Shown here: positions 46,960-57,700 of the stretch, piece by piece
Layout of the letters: each line of letters opens with the position of its first letter
How positions within the stretch are numbered: the first letter of the stretch is position 1
Assembly: GCA_017621415.1 (NCBI GenBank)
Contig: JAGATD010000045.1
Coordinates: 9,270 to 73,269, forward strand
Source: Clostridia bacterium
GTDB taxonomy: Bacteria; Bacillota; Clostridia; Oscillospirales; CAG-272
Direction of reading: 5' to 3'
DNA: 64,000 bases
Translations under genes and position numbers: made by a program
Notes under the pieces: generated by a model
What the model saw: the letters and a program-made list of their open reading frames with translations, nothing else
Told to the model about the DNA's origin: nothing
Database searches by the model: none

Positions 46960-47559
46960 ATGCCAAGCTTTGAATTTGAAGAAAAACTTTATACCCAAGG
47001 CTACACCGCGGTTTGCGGCTGTGACGAGGCAGGCAGAGGCCCATTATGCGGTCCTGTTGTAGCGGCGGCGGTCATACTGCCGAGAGGGCTCATTATTGAG
47101 GGGCTTAACGACTCAAAAAGGCTGACCGAGAAGAAAAGAGAGGCGCTTTTTGAGATAGTCAAGGAAAAGGCTGTCGCCTATGCTATTGCCGAGGCTTCGC
47201 CCGAGGAAATAGACGAAATAAATATACTTAACGCTTCTATGCTGGCTATGCGCAGGGCGGTGGAGGCTCTTAATGTTCCTGCCGACTTTGCGCTTATAGA
47301 CGGCAACTGCTCAAGAGGATTTAAAATCCCTACCGAAACGGTGGTAAAGGGTGATTCTAAAAGTTATTCCATAGCGGCGGCATCAATACTCGCAAAGGTT
47401 ACAAGGGACAGGCAGTGCATAGAGCTTGATAAATTATATCCCCAATACGGAATCGCTAAGCATAAGGGCTATCCCACAAAGGAGCATATGGATGCGGTAA
47501 GACAGTACGGTCCTGCTCCGATCTACAGAAAAAGCTTTCTTAAATTTCTTGACAAATGA
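46960..47559 (+). CDS. rnhB: ribonuclease HII
   Basis: CGCDEAGRGPLCGPVVAAAV and DSKRLT motifs. Confidence 0.9.
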   Translation: MPSFEFEEKLYTQGYTAVCGCDEAGRGPLCGPVVAAAVILPRGLIIEGLNDSKRLTEKKREALFEIVKEKAVAYAIAEASPEEIDEINILNASMLAMRRAVEALNVPADFALIDGNCSRGFKIPTETVVKGDSKSYSIAAASILAKVTRDRQCIELDKLYPQYGIAKHKGYPTKEHMDAVRQYGPAPIYRKSFLKFLDK

Positions 47560-47987
47560 AAATTCTTGAAATACTTACTCCAAAGCGCAAAACCGGCAAC
47601 ATTGGTGAGGCGGCTGCCGCAAAATATCTGAAGAAACAGGGCTATCGCATACTTGAAAGAAACTTTTCCACCGACAATGCCGAAATAGACATAATCGCAA
47701 AGAAAGACAACCTTATCGCCTTTGTTGAGGTAAAGACGAGGACCTTAGGGCACGAGAGTCCAAGGGAGCCCCGCCCCGCATCGGCAGTTACTCAAGAAAA
47801 GCAACGAAAGATTATCCGCGCAGCCTCATATTATCTGAGCCGAAACAGACAAAGCGCAAGGTCGAGATTTGATATTATTGAGGTTTTTCTTGAAGAGAAC
47901 AGAAAAAAGCCAAAGGAAATAAAGCATCTTTTGGGCACATTTGATTTAAATACAGCATACACAAAACCCCATCCAGAAAGGAAATAA
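47556..47987 (+). CDS. YraN-family (UPF0102) endonuclease-like protein
   Basis: GE.AAAKYLKKQGYRILERNF...EIDIIA...FVEVKTR pattern. ATGA overlap with rnhB. Confidence 0.75.
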   Translation: MKILEILTPKRKTGNIGEAAAAKYLKKQGYRILERNFSTDNAEIDIIAKKDNLIAFVEVKTRTLGHESPREPRPASAVTQEKQRKIIRAASYYLSRNRQSARSRFDIIEVFLEENRKKPKEIKHLLGTFDLNTAYTKPHPERK

Positions 47988-47988
47988 A

Positions 47989-49473
47989 ATGAAATACGTA
48001 AGCACAAGAGGCGCAGAGGCGCAGGGTGTCAGCTCTGCATATGCAATAAAGACAGGACTTGCTTCAGACGGCGGTCTTTATATGCCCGAGAGCATTCCCG
48101 AAATAGGGCTTGACTTTATAAAGGAGCTCGCAGGTCTTACCTACCCTGAGCGCGCCGCAAAAATTCTTTCGCTCTTCCTTACAGACTATACCTACGAGGA
48201 GCTTCTTGAGGATGCGAAAGGCGCATATGCCGAGGACAAGTTCACCCCCTCCCCGGCGCCTGTCAGCTCTCTCGGCGGCGGAAGATATATGCTTGAGCTT
48301 TGGCACGGACCTACCTGCGCCTTTAAGGATATGGCTCTTCAGATAATGCCCAGACTCTTCTCACGGGCATTAAGAAAGTGCGACGAGAGCCGCGAGGCGC
48401 TTATTCTTGTCGCAACCTCGGGAGATACCGGAAAGGCTGCTCTTGAGGGATACCGCGACGTTCCCGGCACAAAGATAAAGGTATTTTATCCTATTGACGG
48501 AGTAAGCCGTGTTCAAAAGCTCCAGATGCAGACCCAAGAGGGTAACAATGTTTCTGTCTCGGGAATTGTCGGTAACTTTGACGATGCCCAGACAGGTGTT
48601 AAGACTATATTCTCCGACTCTGATTTTTCAAAGGAGCTTTCGGATGGCGGAGTGTTCCTCTCCAGCGCAAACTCCATTAACTGGGGCAGACTTGTTCCTC
48701 AGATAGTCTATTACATTTCCGCATACTGCGATATGTACAAAAACGGCATTATAGAGCTTGGCGAAAGGATAGACGTTTGTGTTCCTACCGGAAACTTCGG
48801 TAATATTTTTGCGGGCTTTATCGCAAAGCTTATGGGAGTAAGGATAGGAAAGCTTGTTTGCGCATCAAATATGAACAACGTGCTGACAGACTTTATAAGA
48901 ACCGGTGAGTATAACAAAAACCGTGACTTCCACCCAACTATCTCTCCATCTATGGATATTCTTATCTCATCTAATCTCGAGCGTCTCCTTTATGTTCTTT
49001 TGGGCAAGGAGAAAACCGCGGAATATATGAAAAAGCTTTCCGACGAAGGCAGATATCAGCTCACCGCCGATGAGCTCTCCAAGGTGCAGGAGCACTTTGT
49101 GGGCTACTTTACCGATGAGGATATGTGCAAGGCGACCGTTGCCCGGGTTTACAAAGAGACAAACAGCCTTATAGACACCCACACCGCCGTTGCCGTAAAT
49201 GCGGCAGAGCGATATGCGGATGACTACAAGGCTGAAAGTAAGATGCTTGTTGTTTCTACCGCATCTCCTTATAAATTTGCGGCAGACGTTCTTCTTTCGC
49301 TTAAGGGCACAAAGCCCTCAGATGACCTTATGGCTCTTGAGGAGCTTAACAAATACACCTCTGTTGATATTCCGGCGCCTCTTGCAAAAGTTCTTACAAA
49401 GAAGGCGGTTCATACCGAGATTATAGAGCGCACCGAAATGAAGAACGCCGTCAAAGGCTTTGCGCTGAAGTAA
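47989..49473 (+). CDS. thrC: threonine synthase (long form)
   Basis: MKYVSTRG N-terminus and the PLP-lysine context PTCAFKDMALQ. Confidence 0.85.
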   Translation: MKYVSTRGAEAQGVSSAYAIKTGLASDGGLYMPESIPEIGLDFIKELAGLTYPERAAKILSLFLTDYTYEELLEDAKGAYAEDKFTPSPAPVSSLGGGRYMLELWHGPTCAFKDMALQIMPRLFSRALRKCDESREALILVATSGDTGKAALEGYRDVPGTKIKVFYPIDGVSRVQKLQMQTQEGNNVSVSGIVGNFDDAQTGVKTIFSDSDFSKELSDGGVFLSSANSINWGRLVPQIVYYISAYCDMYKNGIIELGERIDVCVPTGNFGNIFAGFIAKLMGVRIGKLVCASNMNNVLTDFIRTGEYNKNRDFHPTISPSMDILISSNLERLLYVLLGKEKTAEYMKKLSDEGRYQLTADELSKVQEHFVGYFTDEDMCKATVARVYKETNSLIDTHTAVAVNAAERYADDYKAESKMLVVSTASPYKFAADVLLSLKGTKPSDDLMALEELNKYTSVDIPAPLAKVLTKKAVHTEIIERTEMKNAVKGFALK

Positions 49474-49671
49474 TCAGCACTCCTTGGGCTTAAAGGTTGC
49501 GCAGTTGGTGTTTGCCGAGCATGTAGCATCCTTAGGACCTACGGCAATTGTACCTGCGCAGCAGCTATTGTGGGTTGTGTGGTATACGCAATTCTTTACG
49601 TCACACACAATGCCCTTGATCTGCTTGTTCATATCGCAGCTTGCATCTGTTTTCTGATTCTTGTTTTCCAT
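49474..49671 (-). CDS. DUF1540 domain protein
   Basis: 65-aa Cys-rich protein with the pattern V.NCVYH....CCA..I.V....A.C...T.CATF. Confidence 0.65.
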   Translation of the reverse strand: MENKNQKTDASCDMNKQIKGIVCDVKNCVYHTTHNSCCAGTIAVGPKDATCSANTNCATFKPKEC

Positions 49672-49839
49672 TTTGTGTACCTCTCTTTACTTTTTGCCTT
49701 TTGGCATAGTAATTATTACCCCGATTTATGTCAATTATTCCGTAAACACAAAAAAACTGAGAGAAAGGAGTGATGTTTTACGGCTCTTTACGCAATAGCA
49801 GACCTGCATCTCTCCACTCTTGATAAGACTAACAAGTCT

Positions 49840-50502
49840 ATGGAGGTTTTTGGGCAAAGGTGGGCTGACTATATTAACAGGATAGAGGTCAACTGGCGCC
49901 GCCTTGTCGAAGAGGGCGACACGGTTATTATCCCCGGGGATGTATCCTGGGCGCTGTCTCTTGAGGAGGCGGAGTCTGACCTTAAATTTCTTGACTCGCT
50001 GCCGGGCAGAAAAATTCTCGGCAAGGGCAACCACGATTTTTGGTGGTGCACTATGAAAAAGCACAGGGCATTTTTCGAAAAGTGCGGCATTACAACCGTT
50101 GATTTTCTTTTCAACAACGCGATAGAGCTTGACGATTTCATAATAGCAGGCACCCGAGGCTGGTACAATGACAGCGATGCCGCAAATGCCCCCGACAATG
50201 CCGATTTTGAAAAGCTCTCCAACAGAGAGTCCCTAAGACTTAAGACAAGCCTTGATGCGGCATTAAAGCTCAAAGAAGTGTCCGGCAAGGAAATAATAGT
50301 TTTTATGCACTTTCCACCATACTGGAACGGCAAGGAATCCGAGGGGCTTATGAGCTTGCTCAGAGAGTACGGCATAAAAAAGGTATACTACGGTCACATA
50401 CACGGAAATTACACAGTAGCCCCATGCTTTACTTATGACGGTATAGAAATGAGCATTGTGTCGGCAGACTACTTAAAGTTTATTCCAAAAATCGTTAAAT
50501 AG
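49840..50502 (+). CDS. metallophosphoesterase, apparently 5'-truncated or frameshifted
   Basis: GD.SWA, GNHDFWW and MHFPP motifs are present. The first metal motif (AIADLHLS) is encoded upstream at 49792-49815 in the same frame, but after a TGA and without a start codon. Confidence 0.6.
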   Translation: MEVFGQRWADYINRIEVNWRRLVEEGDTVIIPGDVSWALSLEEAESDLKFLDSLPGRKILGKGNHDFWWCTMKKHRAFFEKCGITTVDFLFNNAIELDDFIIAGTRGWYNDSDAANAPDNADFEKLSNRESLRLKTSLDAALKLKEVSGKEIIVFMHFPPYWNGKESEGLMSLLREYGIKKVYYGHIHGNYTVAPCFTYDGIEMSIVSADYLKFIPKIVK

Positions 50503-50533
50503 TAACGAAAATTATAAAATTTATTTAGACACC

Positions 50534-50562
50534 TTGACAAAAACCAAAATTTGGTGTAAAAT
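50534..50562 (+). promoter_or_regulatory. sigma-A type promoter TTGACA-N17-TAAAAT upstream of tig
   Basis: TTGACA at 50534-50539, a 17-nt spacer ending TG, and TAAAAT at 50557-50562. Confidence 0.55.
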
Positions 50563-50622
50563 GGTGTGGTTAACTGATATCATTATAAAAATAAAATAAA
50601 TGTCTCTCTTGGAGGAAAAGAA

Positions 50623-52050
50623 ATGAGCCTTATTAAAAAGGAACTTACCGAGAAGTCCGGCTTTACAATGGAGTTCTCTGTAAGTAAGGAAGTTTACGCA
50701 AAAGCAGAAATGGAAGCATATAAGAAGAACGTTAAGTCCATTAACATTCCCGGCTTCAGAAAGGGTAAAGCCCCCAAGGCAATTATCGAAAAGTATTACG
50801 GCAAGGGCGTTTGGTTTGAGGATGCTATCAACGCATGCATTCCCGATGCTTTTGAAGAGGCTGTTAAGGAAGCAGGCCTTGATATTGTAGGTCAGCCCCA
50901 GTTTGACCTTGTTTCAGACGAGGGTGATATAGTTCTTAAGGCTATCGGCTTTGTTAAGCCCGAGGTTACTATCGAGGGTTATGCAGGTATAGCTGTTGAG
51001 AAAAAGGTTGATGCGGTTTCCGACGCTGACGTTGACGCAGAGGTTGAAAACGCAAGAAAGAGAAACGCAAGAACTGTTGAGGTAACCGACAGAGCTGCTG
51101 CTATGGGCGATATTGCCAACATCGACTACGAGGGCGCGGTTGACGGTGTTCCCTTCGATGGCGGCAAGGGCGAGGGCCACGACCTTACTCTCGGCTCGGG
51201 CGCGTTCATTCCCGGCTTTGAGGACCAGATCGTTGGCAAGACTGTTGGTGAGGAGTTTGACGTTAACGTTACCTTCCCCGAGGAGTATCACGCAAAGGAG
51301 CTTGCAGGCAAGGCAGCTGTATTTAAGACCAAGCTCAACGCTCTTAAGGTTGAGGAACTTCCCGCTCTTGATGACGAATTTGTAAAAGATGTTTCAGAAT
51401 TTGATACTCTTGATGAATATAAAGCCGACATCAAGGCTAAAATGGTAAAGAGAAATGAGGATAAGGCAGACGCAGAGGTTGAAAATGCTCTTGCTGAGGC
51501 TATTATGGAGAAGCTCGTTGCTGAGATTCCCGAGGTTATGTTCCAGGCTGAAACCGAGAACTTTGTTCGTGACTATGACAACCGTCTCCGCCAGAACGGC
51601 CTTGACCTTTCTACTTACTTTAAGTATACCGGCCTTACTCTCGAGGCTCTCAGAGAGCAGATGAGACCCCAGGCTGAAAAGCAGGTTAAGATGCGCCTTG
51701 CTCTTGAGAAGATTGCTTCTCTTGAAAATCTTCAGGTTTCTGAGGAGGAGATCGAGGGCGAATACAAGAGAATTTCTGAGGCTTACGGCGTAGAGCTTGA
51801 CCAGGTTAAGGGAATGATCGCTGCTGAGGACATCAAGGCTGACATGCTTGTTGGCGCTGCTATGAAGTTCGTTAAGGACAATGCTAAGATCGGCGCTAAG
51901 AAGAAGGCTGCTCCCAAGAAGAAGGCTGCCGAGAAGCCCGCTGAGGATGCCGCTGAGGCTCCCGCAGAGGAAAAGCCCGCAGCAGCAAAGAAGCCTGCCG
52001 CAAAGAAGACCTCTACCGCTAAGAAAAAGGCAGAGCCCAAGGCAGAATAA
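50623..52050 (+). CDS. tig: trigger factor with Lys/Ala/Pro-rich C-terminal tail
   Basis: GFRKGKAP ribosome-binding motif, an FKBP-type PPIase core (IDYEG.VDG..FDGG) and a tail AKKKAAPKKKAAEKPAE... Confidence 0.9.
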   Translation: MSLIKKELTEKSGFTMEFSVSKEVYAKAEMEAYKKNVKSINIPGFRKGKAPKAIIEKYYGKGVWFEDAINACIPDAFEEAVKEAGLDIVGQPQFDLVSDEGDIVLKAIGFVKPEVTIEGYAGIAVEKKVDAVSDADVDAEVENARKRNARTVEVTDRAAAMGDIANIDYEGAVDGVPFDGGKGEGHDLTLGSGAFIPGFEDQIVGKTVGEEFDVNVTFPEEYHAKELAGKAAVFKTKLNALKVEELPALDDEFVKDVSEFDTLDEYKADIKAKMVKRNEDKADAEVENALAEAIMEKLVAEIPEVMFQAETENFVRDYDNRLRQNGLDLSTYFKYTGLTLEALREQMRPQAEKQVKMRLALEKIASLENLQVSEEEIEGEYKRISEAYGVELDQVKGMIAAEDIKADMLVGAAMKFVKDNAKIGAKKKAAPKKKAAEKPAEDAAEAPAEEKPAAAKKPAAKKTSTAKKKAEPKAE

Positions 52051-52066
52051 TTTAATATAATAACAT

Positions 52067-52110
52067 CAGCCGACGGTCGTAACACATAGCTTTGACTGTC
52101 GGCTGTTATA
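52067..52110 (+). other. intergenic stem-loop between tig and clpP
   Basis: CAGCCGAC/GTCGGCTG 8-bp stem with a ~23-nt loop and weak T content after it. It could be a partial terminator. Confidence 0.4.
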
Positions 52111-52137
52111 AAATAATAATAAAGGTAGGAAAAACAC

Positions 52138-52725
52138 ATGGCACTTGTACCTGTTGTTGTTGAGCAGACCTCCAGAGGTGAGCGCTCTTATGACATTTAT
52201 TCACGACTTTTAAATGACAGAATAATCTTTCTCTCCGATGAAGTAAACGACGTTACCGCATCCTTGGTTGTGGCTCAGCTTCTTTATCTTGAGGCACAGG
52301 ACCCTGACAAGGACATACATCTTTATATAAACAGCCCTGGCGGCTCTATCTCTGCGGGTATGGCTATTTATGACACTATGAACTACATTAAGTGCGACGT
52401 ATCCACAATCTGTGTAGGTATGGCTGCGTCTATGGGCGCATTTCTTCTCTCCAGCGGAGCAAAGGGTAAAAGATACGCTCTCCCCAACGCTGAGGTTATG
52501 ATACACCAGCCTCTCGGCGGTATGCAGGGTCAGGCAAGCGACATTAAGATTCACGCAGACCATATTATAAGGATAAGAGCAAAGCTTAATCAGCTTCTCT
52601 CCGAGCAGACAAGCAAGCCTCTTAAGACTATTGAGAAGGATACCGAGCGCGACAACTTTATGACAGCAGACGAGGCTCTTGAATACGGTCTTGTAGACAA
52701 GGTTATTACTAAAAAGGATATTTAA
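52138..52725 (+). CDS. clpP: ATP-dependent Clp protease proteolytic subunit
   Basis: The Ser-His-Asp triad context ([18 protein letters not shown]) is highly conserved. Confidence 0.95.
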   Translation: MALVPVVVEQTSRGERSYDIYSRLLNDRIIFLSDEVNDVTASLVVAQLLYLEAQDPDKDIHLYINSPGGSISAGMAIYDTMNYIKCDVSTICVGMAASMGAFLLSSGAKGKRYALPNAEVMIHQPLGGMQGQASDIKIHADHIIRIRAKLNQLLSEQTSKPLKTIEKDTERDNFMTADEALEYGLVDKVITKKDI

Positions 52726-52728
52726 GTT

Positions 52729-54057
52729 ATGGCTGAAAAGGAAACCGACGTACTTCGCGAATGTTCTTTTTGTGGCAGGAGCGAGCAAGAGGTCAGCTTT
52801 CTTATTCCCGCAAGGGACGGAAAGACATATATTTGCGACAGCTGCATTGAGCTGTGCTCTGATTTTATCGAGGAGCATTTAAAGTCGTTTGAGCAGCCCG
52901 ACGAAAATGAGGAATTGAGCTTTGACACCCTGCCCCGCCCAAAAGAAATCAAGGCGATGCTTGACGAGCATGTTATAGGGCAAAATGACGCAAAGCTGGC
53001 TCTTGCCGTTGCGGTATACAATCACTATAAGCGCATTCTCACTATCGAGGAGGCCGAAAAGAATCGCAAAAAGGCGGGCAAGCTTGTAAACGATACCCCC
53101 GACGACGGAGTTGAAATTCAAAAATCGAACGTGCTTCTTCTTGGTCCGACAGGCGTAGGTAAAACCTATATTGCGCAAACTCTGGCAAAGAGCTTTAAGG
53201 TTCCCTTTGCTATTGCTGACGCTACCACACTTACCGAGGCGGGATATGTTGGCGAGGATGTCGAAAACATTCTTTTAAGACTTATTCAGGCTGCCGACTA
53301 TGATGTTGAGCGCGCCGAGCACGGAATTATCTATATTGACGAGATAGACAAGATTGCGAGAAAAGGCGAAAACCGCTCTATCACCCGTGACGTTTCAGGT
53401 GAGGGTGTTCAGCAGGCTCTTCTTAAAATTCTTGAGGAAACAACGGCGAACGTACCTCCCCAAGGCGGCAGAAAGCACCCCAACCAGGAGTTTATTCAGA
53501 TAAACACAAAGAATATTCTATTTATCTGCGGAGGCGCGTTTGACGGAATTGAGTCAATTATCGAAAAGCGCAAGGGCTCTCAGCAAATAGGCTTCAGCAC
53601 CGACAAAACCACCAAGAAAGAAAAGGTGGAAAAGGGTGTTTACAAGGATGTTATCGCCCACGACGTTGTAAAATACGGCATTATCCCCGAGCTTGTAGGC
53701 AGACTTCCTGTTATTGTGTCGCTTGACAATCTTGACAAGGATGCTCTTGTCAGAATTATAAAAGAGCCCAAAAACGCTCTTTCAAAGCAGTATGTAAAGC
53801 TTCTCAAAATGGACGGAATAGAGCTTGAATTTGAGGACGGCGCATTTGATGCTATCGCCCAGCTCGCGGTTGAGAGAGAAACAGGCGCAAGAGGACTCCG
53901 CTCTATTATGGAGTCAATAATGCTTGAGCCTATGTATTCCCTGCCCTCCGAAAAGGATGTTGAGAAAATAATTATTACCGCAGATTTTGTTAACAAAAAG
54001 GCACCTCTTACGGTTATAAGAAACACAGAGGCTCTCCCGAGCCCCGAGCAGAAATAA
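52729..54057 (+). CDS. clpX: ATP-dependent Clp protease ATP-binding subunit
   Basis: N-terminal zinc finger (CSFCG...CDSC), Walker A GPTGVGKT, Walker [10 protein letters not shown] and a GYVGEDV pore loop. Confidence 0.95.
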   Translation: MAEKETDVLRECSFCGRSEQEVSFLIPARDGKTYICDSCIELCSDFIEEHLKSFEQPDENEELSFDTLPRPKEIKAMLDEHVIGQNDAKLALAVAVYNHYKRILTIEEAEKNRKKAGKLVNDTPDDGVEIQKSNVLLLGPTGVGKTYIAQTLAKSFKVPFAIADATTLTEAGYVGEDVENILLRLIQAADYDVERAEHGIIYIDEIDKIARKGENRSITRDVSGEGVQQALLKILEETTANVPPQGGRKHPNQEFIQINTKNILFICGGAFDGIESIIEKRKGSQQIGFSTDKTTKKEKVEKGVYKDVIAHDVVKYGIIPELVGRLPVIVSLDNLDKDALVRIIKEPKNALSKQYVKLLKMDGIELEFEDGAFDAIAQLAVERETGARGLRSIMESIMLEPMYSLPSEKDVEKIIITADFVNKKAPLTVIRNTEALPSPEQK

Positions 54058-54085
54058 TTCATTTTGTTTCGAAATATAATATCGA

Positions 54086-54122
54086 AAGCGCTCCAACAAA
54101 ACAAGTTCGGAGCGCTTTTTGT
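54086..54122 (+). terminator. rho-independent terminator after clpX
   Basis: AAGCGCTCC/GGAGCGCTT stem followed by TTTTTG. Confidence 0.75.
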
Positions 54123-54216
54123 GTAATAAAAACAGTTTTATACAGCATTTTTTAGCTATTATGTATAATTCCAAAAAATATTTCAAAAAAACTTTAGATA
54201 TTTTTCAAAAAAACTA

Positions 54217-54245
54217 TTGACAAACAAAAACAAATATGGTATATT
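54217..54245 (+). promoter_or_regulatory. strong sigma-A promoter TTGACA-N17(TGg)-TATATT with an upstream A-tract
   Basis: TTGACA at 54217-54222, a 17-nt spacer ending TGG, and TATATT at 54240-54245. No annotated gene lies downstream. Confidence 0.55.
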
Positions 54246-54384
54246 TAAGGTGCAAGAAGCCAAAGGGACAATCAAAATAGCGAAAGTTAAAAGCGAAAGT
54301 TAAAATCAAAACAAAAAAACAGAAAAGGAAAAATTATTTAAGATTGTTTTAAGGGCTCAATTTAAAGAAACGGAGGATACGCCA

Positions 54385-54492
54385 ATGCAGCTTAACGAAG
54401 AACCTTTCCACTTTATAACCTGCCGTTATGAGAATGGCAAAATAGCGCGTGTTTTGTGCATTGCGGCAGGTATCCGAAAAACAGAATATTAA
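54385..54492 (+). CDS. possible 35-aa small protein in the orphan transcription unit
   Basis: GGAGGA lies 7 nt upstream of the ATG. The product is MQLNEEPFHFITCRYENGKIARVLCIAAGIRKTEY*. No homology evidence is available. Confidence 0.25.
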   Translation: MQLNEEPFHFITCRYENGKIARVLCIAAGIRKTEY

Positions 54493-54671
54493 CAGGGTGA
54501 TAGTAGAACACGTTGTTTAAGGTCTGCAATAGCAGACATACGAGAGAAACGGTACTTTATATCGAAGTGGTTTTATATATCACAAAACAATTAAACGCGA
54601 ATATATATAATATAGTAATTAATTATGAAATGTTTCAAAAGAGGCTTTGACGCCGAAAAATGAGATAATTT

Positions 54672-54713
54672 AGCGGGTAGCACAGATGTGAGTTTGGGCT
54701 ACCCGCTTTTTTG
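54672..54713 (+). terminator. rho-independent terminator closing the orphan unit
   Basis: AGCGGGTAGC/GCTACCCGCT 10-bp stem followed by TTTTTTG. Confidence 0.7.
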
Positions 54714-54790
54714 CTTTGAATTTTCAAAAAATACTTTCGAATATAGGTATCCCTCACCCCGAAAACAGAGTGAGGGACTTTTTGAATTTA

Positions 54791-57700
54791 TCAGTTGGTT
54801 GTTTCTTCTACATATGCTTTATCCATATGACCAAAGAACATATTGTCGATATTAACAACAGTAGTATCTACTACAATCTGCTTTGCAAGATAAACAAGAA
54901 GTCTGCCGTTATATCCGCTAGCAGTAGCAAGCTGTTTTGTGGTTGCATACTCATTATCAATATAAACCTTTGCGTATTCGCGGTTTCCGTTAGCAGAATC
55001 CTCGATAAAGTATATCTCAAATCTTATGTTATGCCACTTCCCTACTTCAATAGCGGCAGTATCCTTTGCACCTATGGAATAGGTCTCTGTGTCACTGTTA
55101 AGGTAGAGATCGAGATAATCGCTGGAATCGAGTCTGAATCGGTGATGATAATATGTAGTTATCGCTGTCTCTGTATCAAGCTTATAATCAAACTCAATAA
55201 CAGTGCAGTAGTTGTCGGCATCCCAGTTCTGCCCACCCTTGCTGAACTTTAAATATGACTCTCCATCATTAGTGGTCTTTTTGAATACCGCAACTCCGTC
55301 GGAAAGCTCTGAGGTACAGTGTGACGCGCCATCTCCGATAGTAGGAGCTACGGCATCAGCTTCATCATAAGAATAACGGTCACCATCTACCGACTTATCG
55401 TTATAGTATACACCTGTTCCCTTGTTTGTCGCGGGAGCCTCGGGCTCTTCAGGCTCTACAGCTACGTTCTCATCAATAAAGCCGAAGTAGTAGTTATCAA
55501 TGTAGAAGTATGCCTTCTCCTGCTCTTTTGCAAGATAGTAGAGGTTTCTCGCATTGGTCCAGCTTCTGGCGGTGACACCTATACCTGTCATTGTGCAAGC
55601 AAACTCATTGTTTACATAAAGGTCAACAGTGTTTGTGTTTCCTGCCGCCGCTTCATGGTATGCATACTCAAGTCTGATGTTATACCACTTACCTGCTTCA
55701 AATGCGGGAGAATTTTCTGCGGCAGCCTTCTCTGCTCCGAGATAGATCTTTCCGTCTTCGCCTGCGTGAATTCCAACAACAAGCTCAAGTCCGTTTGCGC
55801 AAATAGTCATTCTTCCTATAACACCTGCAGCGGCATCACCAAAGGAAACATCAGCTTCCCAGATTGCTACGCCCTTTACAAGATCAGCGGGAATATCTCC
55901 GGAATACAAGAAGTACTCTTCGTAATCGGTTGCCGTCTTATAGAACTTAAGCATACCGTCGGTAATTTCCGCAACAGCATTAGGAGTTCTGTCAGTAGGC
56001 CAAAGCTGAAGCGCGGGAGCGGTGCCCGATGTAAAATCATTCTTAATTAAGTTTGTTCCGGTAAGAGCGCCGGTGTAATAAGCGCCCTTGCCATTGTTTG
56101 CGGTTGCATCATCTTCATCTCCGGGGTTGTCGGGGTTAACCTCGGGATCGGGTGTTCTCTGCATATCGTCAAAGCCGAGATAAAGGTTATCAATAAACAG
56201 GTATGCCGATTTCTGCGGACCTGCAAGGTACATAAGGTTACGTATATCTGTCCAGCTGCTTCTGGCATTAACTCCAACGCCTGTCATAGTACAAGCAAAC
56301 TCGTTGTTCAAATATACCTTAACAACACCGGTTGCACCGGATTTTGTAGTTTCGTGATAGTAATACTCAAATCTTACGTTGTACCACTTACCTGCATCAA
56401 GGGCGGGAGAGTCAGCCCACACGTTATGCTCGGTACCGAAGTAAAGCTTTCCGTCATTACCTACGTGAAGTCCTATTACAACCTCGAGGCCGTTTACGCA
56501 AACGGTAATTCTTCCAAGCTTGCCCTCGGTTGCGTTACCGAATGAAAGATCAGATTCCCAAATAGCAACTCCGTTTGTAAGAGTAGTGGAAGGAGTTGTA
56601 TAGCTCTGTTTGAAGTATTCTTCGTTATCAGTATTTATCTTGTAGAACTTTAGAACACCGTCGGCTATTTCAGCAACTGCGGAAGCCACTCTGCTTGATG
56701 GAACCTCAAGCTTCGGAGCTGTGCCGGATGCATAATCCTTAGTTGCACCGGAGATACCTGCGACAGTACCGCTGTAATAATCTCCCTTACCGTTGTTCTC
56801 TGTTCCGCTAACTGCGGGAGGAAGAACTATTTCGGGAGTTACAGGTTCGTCGGAACCATCGGGGATAACGGTTTCGAAGCTACCATCCTCTACAAGTCCG
56901 TAGAAGATGTTGTCCATAAGGACTGCGCCCTTTGTCTCTGCTCTATAGAGATAAACAAGTATCCTTCTTGAACCGGGTTGGTCGGTGAACTTTACTTTTG
57001 TCCAGGTGTTAATATGCTTGTTATCAACAAATATATGAATCGTTGAGGATGTGTAATCAACCTCAAATCTTAAGTTGTGCCATTCTTCAACAGGGATTGT
57101 AACCTTATCGGTCTTTTGCGCTGTACCGCTCATAGGCGAGATAGTTACAAGTCCATCCTTAAGAGTGGTTGTAAAGGTAATTTCCTTATCCTTGGAATAA
57201 AGTCTTATCTTACCGAAGCTTGCCGCAGTAATACCCGAGAACTTAATATCGCTTTCAAAAATAAGTATGGGTGTCGTAAATGTTGAATTTGCCGGAACGT
57301 CCCACTGAATGCAGGATTCGCCGTCACCGTTTAGCTTCTTGAATTCAAGGTCGCCGTCAACAATATTAAGGCTTGAGAAAGCGGAGCCGGAAGCTAGGTT
57401 GGGAACAGTCGCAAACATTGCGTCATAGTCTTTTCTTGTACCCTTATTTTCCGCATTCTTGTAGAAGTCGCCTTTTGCATCACCTATTTCGAGAGGCGGC
57501 TCAACGTAATCCTCTTTCTCTTTCTTTACCAGAATATCATCAAAGTAGAAGGAAGCGGTACTCTGATTTTTAAGTTCTAAGAGGGCTCTCGCGTAACCGT
57601 TATCATTCTTAGATGTATCGACAACACCCGCCTTGCCTATATGCTTGCCGTTTGCATAGAAGTGACACACGTTTTCTTCCGCAAAATACTCAAAGGTGAG

